Of a stretch of 41,272 nt of DNA, positions 31,597-40,127 are shown in pieces. A program made the translations under genes and the position numbers. The notes under the pieces are model-generated. The model was not told the origin of the DNA. It saw only the letters and a list, made by a program, of their open reading frames with translations, and did no database searches. Origin of the DNA: an archaeon (GTDB lineage: Archaea; Nanobdellota; Nanobdellia; Pacearchaeales; GW2011-AR1); contig JAUYLQ010000018.1 of NCBI GenBank assembly GCA_030699005.1, positions 1-41,272 of the forward strand, in the 5' to 3' direction. Numbering within the stretch: the stretch's first letter is position 1; every line of letters begins with the position of its first letter.

Positions 31597-33375
31597 TTAT
31601 TTTTTGTCAGCAAGAAGGGGAATAATCATTTCCTTTTTAAACTCTTCACGATCTAGAAAAGGTGCAGGGTCTTCAATTGGTCTCCCATATTCTAATTTTG
31701 GTCTTATTTTTTCTCCTTTTTTAAGTTCAACGCTGCAAAGAATGGGACCTTTACTGTAACCTAAAATTTCTCTTACCTTTTTTGGCATCTCATAATGGCT
31801 GTTAATTTGAGTTGCAGGAATTCCAAATGAATTTGCAACAGACATCAAGTCGGATTCTCCAAGACCCCCTTCATAGGAGGTTGCTTTGTATCTTGATCCA
31901 AAGAGAGTATCCTGGAACTGTTTTATAATCCCGTATTCATGGTTGTTTATCAAGAATATTTTTATGGGGAGGTTATGTCTCACAATTGTTTCTAGTTCAT
32001 TTATGTTCATCTTTATCCCCCCGTCCCCTATTATACATGTTACGGGACCATTGTTTGATGCAATTGATGCACCGATACTCGCGGGCAATGAATACCCCAT
32101 CGGAGAATTCCCAAAAGCCGAAAAAAGCTTCTGATTCTCCTTGACCTTCCAGCTTTGCATAGTCCAAGTAAGATTGCTTCCGGCGTCAGTAATTATTATG
32201 TCTCCCTCTTTTGATTCTTTTGAAAGAGATTCCATAAAAACATATGGATTTACTTTTTCTGTTTGATGAAAGTATTCGGGCTTGCAGATTGGAAATTTTC
32301 CCTTCCATTCATTTATTTTACTTTTCCATTTTGTTAAGTCTTTAGTTTTTACAAAATCTAATTTCTCAGAGAAAGCATCAATAAAATCCTTAAGGTCATA
32401 ATTTATGTCCACATCTATTTTTACCCCTCTTTCTTTGTATAATTCTCCAGAATCAATGTCGACAACCACTTTTTTTGCTCCTCTTGCAAAAGTTTCCGGT
32501 CTTCCGCCAGTTTCCCTTGTATCAAGTCTTGCTCCAAGACTTATCAATAAGTCCGAGTTTTGGACTGTAAAATTTCCGGCCCTGTTATGGGATACTCCAA
32601 ATCCTTCTACAAAGAGTGGGTGGTTATAAGGTAGAACATCCATTGCTCCCCATGTTTGAAGTACCGGAATCCCAAGTTTTTCCACCAAGTCTTTTGTTCT
32701 TTTTTGAGTTTTTCCAAGCTTGACCCCTGCTCCAAGAATGAGAACGGGTCTTTCTGATTCTTTGATCAATTCAATTGTCTGTTCAATTTTTCTTGAAAGG
32801 AGTTGATAATCTACCTCTTTTTTTTCTGGATAGTATCCCGGCAATTCTTCAGGATTTATGTCTGTTCTCTGAACATCCATTGGAAGGTCAAGAAGCACAG
32901 GTCCAGGCCTTCCCGATTTTGCAAGATATATCGCTTTTTCCAGTTCATATTTAATTGAGTTTGGATTTTTAACCTGCTTTGAATATTTTGTTATGGGTTT
33001 TACTATGCTTGCAATATCAGTTTCTTGGAATCCAACCTGCCGTGGACCCCCTCTCCATGTTAGTTCATGGGTTGGAACTTGCCCTGTAATGTAAAGAGTG
33101 GGAATTGAATCAAAATAGGCACATCCAATACCCGTTATTAAATTCGTTGCTCCAGGACCACTAGTCGCAATTGCAACTCCAAGGTTTTCCGTTACTCTAG
33201 AATATGCCTCTGCGGCAATTGCGGCTCCTTGTTCATGCGTGGTACATATAAATTCCAAATTTTCCTTTTTATCAAAAGCGTCAATAACAGGTGCAATAAC
33301 GCCCCCATTAATTAGAAAAGCATGTTTGACTCCTTCTTCTTTTAAATGGTTTACAATATATTTTGCAGCTTCCAT
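31597..33375 (-). CDS. Thiamine-diphosphate-dependent enzyme, acetolactate-synthase large-subunit-like
   Basis: N-terminal 'THEQGAAIAAEAYSRVTENLGVAIATSGPGATNLITG'. ThDP motif 'GDGGIKMNINELETIVRHNLPIKIFLINNHEYG'. Confidence 0.82.
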   Translation of the reverse strand: MEAAKYIVNHLKEEGVKHAFLINGGVIAPVIDAFDKKENLEFICTTHEQGAAIAAEAYSRVTENLGVAIATSGPGATNLITGIGCAYFDSIPTLYITGQVPTHELTWRGGPRQVGFQETDIASIVKPITKYSKQVKNPNSIKYELEKAIYLAKSGRPGPVLLDLPMDVQRTDINPEELPGYYPEKKEVDYQLLSRKIEQTIELIKESERPVLILGAGVKLGKTQKRTKDLVEKLGIPVLQTWGAMDVLPYNHPLFVEGFGVSHNRAGNFTVQNSDLLISLGARLDTRETGGRPETFARGAKKVVVDIDSGELYKERGVKIDVDINYDLKDFIDAFSEKLDFVKTKDLTKWKSKINEWKGKFPICKPEYFHQTEKVNPYVFMESLSKESKEGDIIITDAGSNLTWTMQSWKVKENQKLFSAFGNSPMGYSLPASIGASIASNNGPVTCIIGDGGIKMNINELETIVRHNLPIKIFLINNHEYGIIKQFQDTLFGSRYKATSYEGGLGESDLMSVANSFGIPATQINSHYEMPKKVREILGYSKGPILCSVELKKGEKIRPKLEYGRPIEDPAPFLDREEFKKEMIIPLLADKK

Positions 33376-33478
33376 TTTTTTAGTTGGAACATTTGATTTA
33401 AAAAGATTTATGTGAAAAATATCTAAAAATAAAGTAAAGCCCAGTAAAATTTAAAAACAAGCATTAAGCTAAATTTGT

Positions 33479-34417
33479 ATGGATTTGAATGGGAAAAGAA
33501 TTTTAGTAACGGGTGCAAATAGTTTTTTAGGAAAGTCTTTAGTTCCATCCCTTAAGGATAGGGATTTAGAGGTTATTACATTCGGGTCAAAAGAATACAA
33601 TTTAAAAAAAGAGGAAGAAGTTAAAAGTCTTTTTGAAAATGTAAGGCCGGAGGTAGTCATTCATATGGCGGTAGATAATGGGGGAATTGAATACACCAAA
33701 AATAACTGTGGGAGTATTTTTTATAATAATCTCATTATGAACACTCTTGTCCAGGAATATTCGAAGAGTTGCGGTGTTGAAAAATTTATAGGAATCGGGA
33801 CGGCTGCTTCTTATCCTAAAGACGCAAAATCCCCCCTTAAAGAGGACTATTTATGGAATGGGCTTCCTGACGAGATTCATTCTTCCATAGGAGTATCCAA
33901 GAGGATAATGCTCTTTCAGTCTAAAATTTATAGGGAGCAGTATGGGTTTAACTCAATTAATTTACTCCTTCCAAACTTATACGGCCCAGATTATTCCATG
34001 GATGCAAAATCAATGAGAATTATCCCACTCTTAATAAAAAAGATTTTTGAAGGGAAGAAAGAAGGAAAGAATGAGATAATGCTTTCAGGAACTCCTGATT
34101 CTTTTATGGAATTTCTCTATGTAGAAGACTGTTCTGAGGCAGTTATAAAAGCAACAGAATTATATGGCAAATCAGATCCAGTTAATATAGGAAGTGGAAA
34201 AGATGCAAAAATAAGGAATTTAGCGGAAAAGGTTAAAGAAGTGGTGGGTTTTCATGGAGAAATTATTTGGAAGTCTCCTAATTATGTAGATGAAAGACCG
34301 AGAAGAGTTATGGATGTTTCAAAAGCGGAAAAAGAGTTTGGATTTAAGGCAATGACCAGTCTAGATGAGGGTTTAAGGAAAACTGTTGAGTGGTATTCTA
34401 AAAACTTTTATAAATAA
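33479..34417 (+). CDS. fcl: GDP-L-fucose synthase-like SDR (Fcl/GER1 pattern)
   Basis: 'KRILVTGANSFLG', 'IGTAASYPKDAKSPLKEDYLWNGLPDE..IGVSK', 'YREQYGFNSINLLLPNLYGP' parallel the Fcl consensus. Confidence 0.6.
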   Translation: MDLNGKRILVTGANSFLGKSLVPSLKDRDLEVITFGSKEYNLKKEEEVKSLFENVRPEVVIHMAVDNGGIEYTKNNCGSIFYNNLIMNTLVQEYSKSCGVEKFIGIGTAASYPKDAKSPLKEDYLWNGLPDEIHSSIGVSKRIMLFQSKIYREQYGFNSINLLLPNLYGPDYSMDAKSMRIIPLLIKKIFEGKKEGKNEIMLSGTPDSFMEFLYVEDCSEAVIKATELYGKSDPVNIGSGKDAKIRNLAEKVKEVVGFHGEIIWKSPNYVDERPRRVMDVSKAEKEFGFKAMTSLDEGLRKTVEWYSKNFYK

Positions 34418-34430
34418 AAAATTTATTTTT

Positions 34431-35504
34431 CTACTTTTTATTTACCAAGATTTCATCCTCGGCCCATTTAATAAATCTTTTTATCCCAAAAACAAGGTTT
34501 ACTTTTGGATTATAATGCAAAATGTTTCTACTTTTTGTCAAGTCCGGACATCTTCTGCTTGGGTCAGATTTGTTTCCATAAACGCCCATTTTATCTTCTT
34601 TGTATTCAACTGACGAATTTTTATTTCCAACTAATCCCAAAACAAGATCTCCCAAATGTTTCATTTTAATTTCCTGGTCATCGTTTCCTATATTGAATAT
34701 TCTCTCGCTTTCCGAAGAAAGCAATGCTTTAATCCAACCTGACGTGGCATCAGAGATATAGCAAAAAGTTCTTGTTTGGTCTCCATCCCCATACATAGTT
34801 ATTTTTTCTCCATTTATCGCAGAAGAAACGAAATTAGGAATGACTCTCCCATCATCAAGCCTCATCCCAGGACCATACACATTAAAAGGTCTGACTATTT
34901 TTATTGGAATATTGTGGATGTCTCCATAATTCACACAAAGGGTCTCACCTATTCTTTTTGGTTCATCATAACATGATCTTGGACCATTGCACGAAACATT
35001 TCCTCTGTATTCCTCAGGTGTTGGAATAAATTTTGAATCAGGATCTCCATAAACTTCACTTGAACTAAAAAACAGAAAATTTTTCACATTTTTTTCTTTA
35101 GCAATCTCAAGAAGATTTCTTGTTCCAAGGAAACCCGCGTTAATCGTCTCTAATCTGAATTTATTGTAAAATTTTGGAGAGGCCAGACTTGCTGCATGTA
35201 TTATATAATCCACATCCCCCTCCAGAATGAATTCTTTTGAAATGTCTTGTTTTATCACTGATATGTTTTCATTTTCTTCAATTTTTCTTTCAAGACCTGT
35301 TATAAAGTTGTCAGCAACGATTACTTTGCAAGGTTTTTCAAGGGAGTTTTTATTAAGATAATCCAAGGTAGAAACAAGGTATTTCCCCAAAAATCCTGCT
35401 CCCCCCGCAATAAAAATCGTTTCCCCATTAAGCTTGTGAGAAATATCTCTGATTTCGTTAGATATTTCTTCAAGATCCTCCGAAATAATTTTGTGACTCC
35501 CCAT
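34431..35504 (-). CDS. UDP-glucuronate decarboxylase (UXS)-like SDR
   Basis: 'IFIAGGAGFLGKYL', 'SSSEVYGDP', 'GPRSCYDEPKRIGETL', 'RPFNVYGPGMRLDDGRVIPNF', 'YGDGDQTRTFCYISD'. Confidence 0.72.
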   Translation of the reverse strand: MGSHKIISEDLEEISNEIRDISHKLNGETIFIAGGAGFLGKYLVSTLDYLNKNSLEKPCKVIVADNFITGLERKIEENENISVIKQDISKEFILEGDVDYIIHAASLASPKFYNKFRLETINAGFLGTRNLLEIAKEKNVKNFLFFSSSEVYGDPDSKFIPTPEEYRGNVSCNGPRSCYDEPKRIGETLCVNYGDIHNIPIKIVRPFNVYGPGMRLDDGRVIPNFVSSAINGEKITMYGDGDQTRTFCYISDATSGWIKALLSSESERIFNIGNDDQEIKMKHLGDLVLGLVGNKNSSVEYKEDKMGVYGNKSDPSRRCPDLTKSRNILHYNPKVNLVFGIKRFIKWAEDEILVNKK

Positions 35505-35574
35505 TTTAAAATCCTTTATGGTTTTCTAGGGCTGCTTATTTAAAAAGATTGTTGTTAAAAAAACAGTGAATTTT

Positions 35575-36294
35575 TTATTTACTTAGAAAGATCATTCTAC
35601 TATAAATGTCGGGGTCTTCACAAACAAAATCAGCAAGATTGCTAAAATGACAGAATAACCCCCCTTCTCTCAGCATAATTCTGGATAATCCATCCTCTCT
35701 TGTTCGAAATTTCAGCGGACCTTCGTCTCTTTTTAATTCCTCAAGAAGAGGCAATCCTCTTTCATCAAAAGTTTTAAATTTTTTCCCATCATATTTTATG
35801 GAAAGCCGATCATCTTCAATTATCTTAAAATTTGATCCGGGAGTAATCTTCACCCCATATTCAGGTTCACTTTTATCAGAGAAGGTATAAAATCCTTGAA
35901 TTATGAAGGGGAAATTTGCATGTCCATTTTCTTCTTCTGCCAATTCAACCATTTTTACCCATAAATTATGGTTTCTAAGGTAAGAAGGTGGATTTCCTTG
36001 GACAACTAAAGCATTAAAATCGGTTGTATATTTATTCCCAAGGAGGTTGTAGATTTTCCCTTTTGAATTATCCTCTGGGACAGCAATCCTTAATTCGGAA
36101 TCTTTTAATAACCTATTAATTTGCCCAGTTCTTAACGGATTTGAACCTCGGATTTCGCCTGAATAGAAGTCTATGAACCCCAAATTAAATTGTCCGAAAA
36201 ACTTATCATCTTCTCGAATATTTTCATAAATCTCTTTTGAATTTTCAAAATTTGAAATAATTGAGGACTTTTTTAAAATAAAATCTATTCCCAT
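35575..36294 (-). CDS. Hypothetical protein; distant paralog of the ORF at 4135-4962
   Basis: Shares the motifs 'GFIDFYSGEIRGSNPL' and 'ERGLPLLEELKRDEGPLKFRTREDGLSRIMLREGG'. The ATG at 36294 is preferred because the track start at 36357 is a TTG overlapping the GT10 gene. Confidence 0.55.
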   Translation of the reverse strand: MGIDFILKKSSIISNFENSKEIYENIREDDKFFGQFNLGFIDFYSGEIRGSNPLRTGQINRLLKDSELRIAVPEDNSKGKIYNLLGNKYTTDFNALVVQGNPPSYLRNHNLWVKMVELAEEENGHANFPFIIQGFYTFSDKSEPEYGVKITPGSNFKIIEDDRLSIKYDGKKFKTFDERGLPLLEELKRDEGPLKFRTREDGLSRIMLREGGLFCHFSNLADFVCEDPDIYSRMIFLSK

Positions 36295-36349
36295 TTCTTC
36301 TTCGAGATTGAATCTCTTTAAAAAGATTGTTATAAGGGGGGTGATATAT

Positions 36350-37357
36350 CTAATCAAAAATCTTTTTTAATCTTTTAAAGAATCTGTTATTATCAAAATC
36401 TTTTGGCATTTTACTATCTTTGTACCAAGGAGCCCTTAAAATTTCCTTATAAAGATTTTCATCCTGGTCTACTTTTATTATATACTTGATAAAATCTTTC
36501 ATGTTTCCAAAATCCTGGAAATTGATAAAACTCTTTGTATTAAAATCTTTATTCACATCTTTATGTCCTACATAGAGGGGTATGCTGTTTACAAGCATCG
36601 GATGAGTCAGTTTTTCAGTAGTCCACCCCGGGGCCGAAAAGTTCTCAAAAGCTATCGTGAATTTATACCTTCTCAAAAAATCAAGTTTGGTTAAAACCCA
36701 GTTTTCAGATCTTCTTGATTCTCTTGCATTTTTTGCTTTTATGGGAGACATATTTGTCATACATCTCCCGGGAGCATCTATTTTTTTATATTTGCTAAGC
36801 TCCTTAAAAAAATTGTTTCTTGCGGGAATATCTTGAGAATAAATGAAATTGCAAAACTTTGTTTTTTCTTTTTTTATTTTTTTAAAGTCAATTTTCTTTT
36901 CTTCAGGAGGAAATCCAAAATTAGGTAATTGATAATCGGTAATTCTGTTTGACATTCTCATATATCTTGGATTTTTAATTTCTTCTTCAAAATGTAGGCC
37001 AAATGCCCAATCACATTCTTTCATATTTGGTTTTCCATATTCGAGTCCGACAAAAATTTTTTTATAATTTCCTGGAGGTAGGGGAAGTTTTCCTTTTATG
37101 GAGAAATTAACAATTTTTGAATAGGATTTCCTTAAAGCACCATATAATCTGGGAGAGATTCTTTTGATCAAATCTCCTTCTTTTGAAACATCGTGTTTAA
37201 TATTTTTTTCAGGATAAATAGAATAGAATAAATAATCCGGCTTTTCGCTTATTATAACTTTATAAAATTTTCTTAAAGAATTCGTAAAAAGATTATCTTC
37301 AGGATTAAATACATCTCCAAAGTACTTGAAGTTTATCTTTATTACTTTTTTATACAT
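36350..37357 (-). CDS. Glycosyltransferase family 10 (alpha-1,3/4-fucosyltransferase-like)
   Basis: 'YKFTIAFENFSAPGWTTEKLTHPMLVNSIPLYVG' matches the GT10 FxxxFEN..(Y/W)xTEK motif. Confidence 0.72.
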   Translation of the reverse strand: MYKKVIKINFKYFGDVFNPEDNLFTNSLRKFYKVIISEKPDYLFYSIYPEKNIKHDVSKEGDLIKRISPRLYGALRKSYSKIVNFSIKGKLPLPPGNYKKIFVGLEYGKPNMKECDWAFGLHFEEEIKNPRYMRMSNRITDYQLPNFGFPPEEKKIDFKKIKKEKTKFCNFIYSQDIPARNNFFKELSKYKKIDAPGRCMTNMSPIKAKNARESRRSENWVLTKLDFLRRYKFTIAFENFSAPGWTTEKLTHPMLVNSIPLYVGHKDVNKDFNTKSFINFQDFGNMKDFIKYIIKVDQDENLYKEILRAPWYKDSKMPKDFDNNRFFKRLKKIFD

Positions 37358-37421
37358 AAAAGTCTTTGTAAAAGAGAATTTATTAATTTTGCTTATTTTT
37401 AAAAATAAAATAATCTTCAGT

Positions 37422-38942
37422 TCAATTTTTTCTAATCAAGGTTTTCAAAAGGTCCCAGTCGTCTTTATTCAATCCGCCCAACCAAACTAGAACTCCAAAA
37501 TAAATTCCTGCTCCAAGGATAATTTCTATAATTCCTGTAAATAGGTTTATGTCAATAAACTGGTTAAAGGCATATAAAAACATACTCATAACCACCGTTG
37601 ATAAGATTGGTACCCGGAGACCAATTCCTTTAATTTTAAGACCCAAATACTTTCTTGAATAGAAGACCAAAATCAAAAGAAGAGCTGTTCTACTAAGTAC
37701 AGTTGCAAATCCCACCCCTGCAATAACCATGAGTGGTTCTTTCATAAAAATTTTTATTGCGGCATAATTTAAAATTACGTTAAAGGCGAGAGAAATAAGA
37801 ACGGCATATCCTACGATTTTTGGTCTTTCTTTAGATTCAAGGACTGTTGAATATAGTGAGATTAGAGAAGAAGTGATGACCAATAAAGATAAAAAATAAA
37901 CTGAAGAAGTTGCAGGCAAATAAGCTTCTCCATAGATTAAGAATATTAAATGTTTTGCAATGAAAACTACTCCCATTGTTGCGGGAATTGAAAATATTAA
38001 GAGGTATCTTATTGTTTTTTGAAAACCCCGTACAAACCTTTTTTTATTTATTTGAGTAAAAATGGGGAGAAATATGCTTGACAAAGGAAAAATTGCGGCA
38101 ATAGCAAGAATTAAGCTTAAGGCCGCACGGTAATAACCAAGATATTCTGTGGAAACAAACCCTCCTAGCATCAAGGTGTCAATTGAGCCAAAGAAAGCTA
38201 GGGACAAGGTCGCAATTGCCATGTATTTCCAGTAAGTGTTTACTTTAGATTTGTCTTTGATTTTTTCTGAATGTCCAAAAAGAATTTCCTTGTCTTTTCT
38301 TCTTAAAACAAAAAAAGAAATCAATGAGGTTATAAAGCTGGAAATAAAAAAGGCAATGAAAATTCCAGAAATTTTAAAATCAGTTGCGAAGATTAAAAGG
38401 GCAATTACTGAAAAAACTATCTTAGACAATTGAGAAATGAGGTCAAAAAACACGTTTGGCTTCAAATCTTTTCTTGCAACAAAGAGGAATCCAAAAAATT
38501 CCCTGAAGGACTCTGAAATTATGAAAAGGCATGAAAAAATAAGGGGGTAATAAATTAAAGGATTTTGGTAAATTGAAAAAGATAAATATTTGGATATCCC
38601 AAGTAAGGCTACGACTGCAATAAAAATTAAAATTAATTTTCTCTTGAAAAAGTATCTTACATAACTTCTAGCCATTTTTTTATTTCTTCTTCCAAGCGAA
38701 TCAGAAATATATCGCACAGAAGCGGTGGATATCCCGAGATCAGTAAATGTCATAACTATCGTAAACACTGAAAGAACAAGGGCATAAACCCCAAAAAGTT
38801 CGGGCAGGAGTATTCTTGCAAGAATAATCGTAAAAATAAGGCCGCCCAATTTAAGAATGACTAAAGAAAGTATGTTGTAAATTGAGCCTTTCGCCGCGAC
38901 CTCAGAAAGATTATTTTTATCCCTCTTCATACGCTCTTTCAT
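37422..38942 (-). CDS. Polysaccharide/oligosaccharide flippase (MOP superfamily, Wzx-like)
   Basis: 506 aa with about 14 TM segments and typical Wzx architecture, in a glycan cluster. Confidence 0.72.
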   Translation of the reverse strand: MKERMKRDKNNLSEVAAKGSIYNILSLVILKLGGLIFTIILARILLPELFGVYALVLSVFTIVMTFTDLGISTASVRYISDSLGRRNKKMARSYVRYFFKRKLILIFIAVVALLGISKYLSFSIYQNPLIYYPLIFSCLFIISESFREFFGFLFVARKDLKPNVFFDLISQLSKIVFSVIALLIFATDFKISGIFIAFFISSFITSLISFFVLRRKDKEILFGHSEKIKDKSKVNTYWKYMAIATLSLAFFGSIDTLMLGGFVSTEYLGYYRAALSLILAIAAIFPLSSIFLPIFTQINKKRFVRGFQKTIRYLLIFSIPATMGVVFIAKHLIFLIYGEAYLPATSSVYFLSLLVITSSLISLYSTVLESKERPKIVGYAVLISLAFNVILNYAAIKIFMKEPLMVIAGVGFATVLSRTALLLILVFYSRKYLGLKIKGIGLRVPILSTVVMSMFLYAFNQFIDINLFTGIIEIILGAGIYFGVLVWLGGLNKDDWDLLKTLIRKN

Positions 38943-38981
38943 AAGATAGCTAGGAAGAAGAGATTTTTAAATTGTATGAAC

Positions 38982-40025
38982 TCAAAGGGTTCCTGTTTCT
39001 TCATAATGCGATTTTATTCTTAACAATCCCTCTTCGAGGTTTATTTTTGGCTTAAATCCCAATCCTTTTAATTTTGTAATGTCAGGATATCTTATGTATC
39101 CCTTTGAAGAATTCCCTTCTGAATAAATCGGAGCGACAATTGTCCCATTACTCTGTACGTTTCCTATACTGAGAGCCAAATCTTTTATGCTTACTGGGGG
39201 GAAACCACTCCCAATATTATAAGCTTCACCCGAATTTCCTTTAAACATCACTTTTAAAATTCCTCTTATTACGTCAGAGATATAACAATAAGAAAGTTTT
39301 GCCTCTCCAGAATCTCTTAAATCTATTTTTTTCGAGTTAATGCTCTTTCTGAAAAATTCATTTATTGCCTTGTCCTCCCTTAATCCTGGGCCATATGTGT
39401 GCCCTATCCGGAGTATTTTTGCCGGAACTTTGAAATTTCTAAAAAAGACGGAGCATAAAGTTTCTGAAAATCTTTTTGATTCGGAATAGCATGATCGCGG
39501 ATTTGTTGGATCAACATTTCCGTTATACAATTCGGATGTTGGAAGAAATTCTTTTGGAGGGTTTCCATAAACATCCACACTGCTAAATAATAGAAAATTT
39601 TCAATATGATTCTCTTTTGAATATTCAAGAAGGTTCCTTGTTCCGTTTATGTTAGAGTCAATGGTCTCCAGGGGGTTTTTCATAAAAGAAATCGGGCTTG
39701 CATTCGAAGCAGCATGAAAAATTATATTAATCCCTTTAGGTAAATTCAGGGGTTTTCCAATGTCTTGTTCCATAAAGAGGATATTTTTATTTCCAATTAA
39801 ATGAGAGAGTCTTGACTTTGGATTTAGTTTATTCCTGTTTATCACATAAATTTTAATCGGATTCTTTAATTTTTCACTTAATTCTACAAAAAGATCAACT
39901 AAGTAGCTTGCAATGAAGCCGTTTCCCCCCGTAATAAGGATTTTTTTGCCTGAAAGATCTTTTAACTCTTCTTCAAGTTCTAGGAGTATGTTTCTTACAT
40001 CTTCTTTTATTACATTTGAAATCAT
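38982..40025 (-). CDS. UXS-like / NAD-dependent sugar dehydratase (second copy)
   Basis: 'KKILITGGNGFIASYL', 'FSSVDVYGNP', 'NPRSCYSESKRFSETL', 'YGPGLRED', 'SYCYISD'. Confidence 0.7.
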   Translation of the reverse strand: MISNVIKEDVRNILLELEEELKDLSGKKILITGGNGFIASYLVDLFVELSEKLKNPIKIYVINRNKLNPKSRLSHLIGNKNILFMEQDIGKPLNLPKGINIIFHAASNASPISFMKNPLETIDSNINGTRNLLEYSKENHIENFLLFSSVDVYGNPPKEFLPTSELYNGNVDPTNPRSCYSESKRFSETLCSVFFRNFKVPAKILRIGHTYGPGLREDKAINEFFRKSINSKKIDLRDSGEAKLSYCYISDVIRGILKVMFKGNSGEAYNIGSGFPPVSIKDLALSIGNVQSNGTIVAPIYSEGNSSKGYIRYPDITKLKGLGFKPKINLEEGLLRIKSHYEETGTL

Positions 40026-40127
40026 TAAATAACGATTTAAGGTAAATTTTTAAAGTTTTATGTTTTATTTTCAGATATTTCCTCTCTCTATATAAAAGCT
40101 TTTAAAGTGGTACTTTTTGATTAAAAA

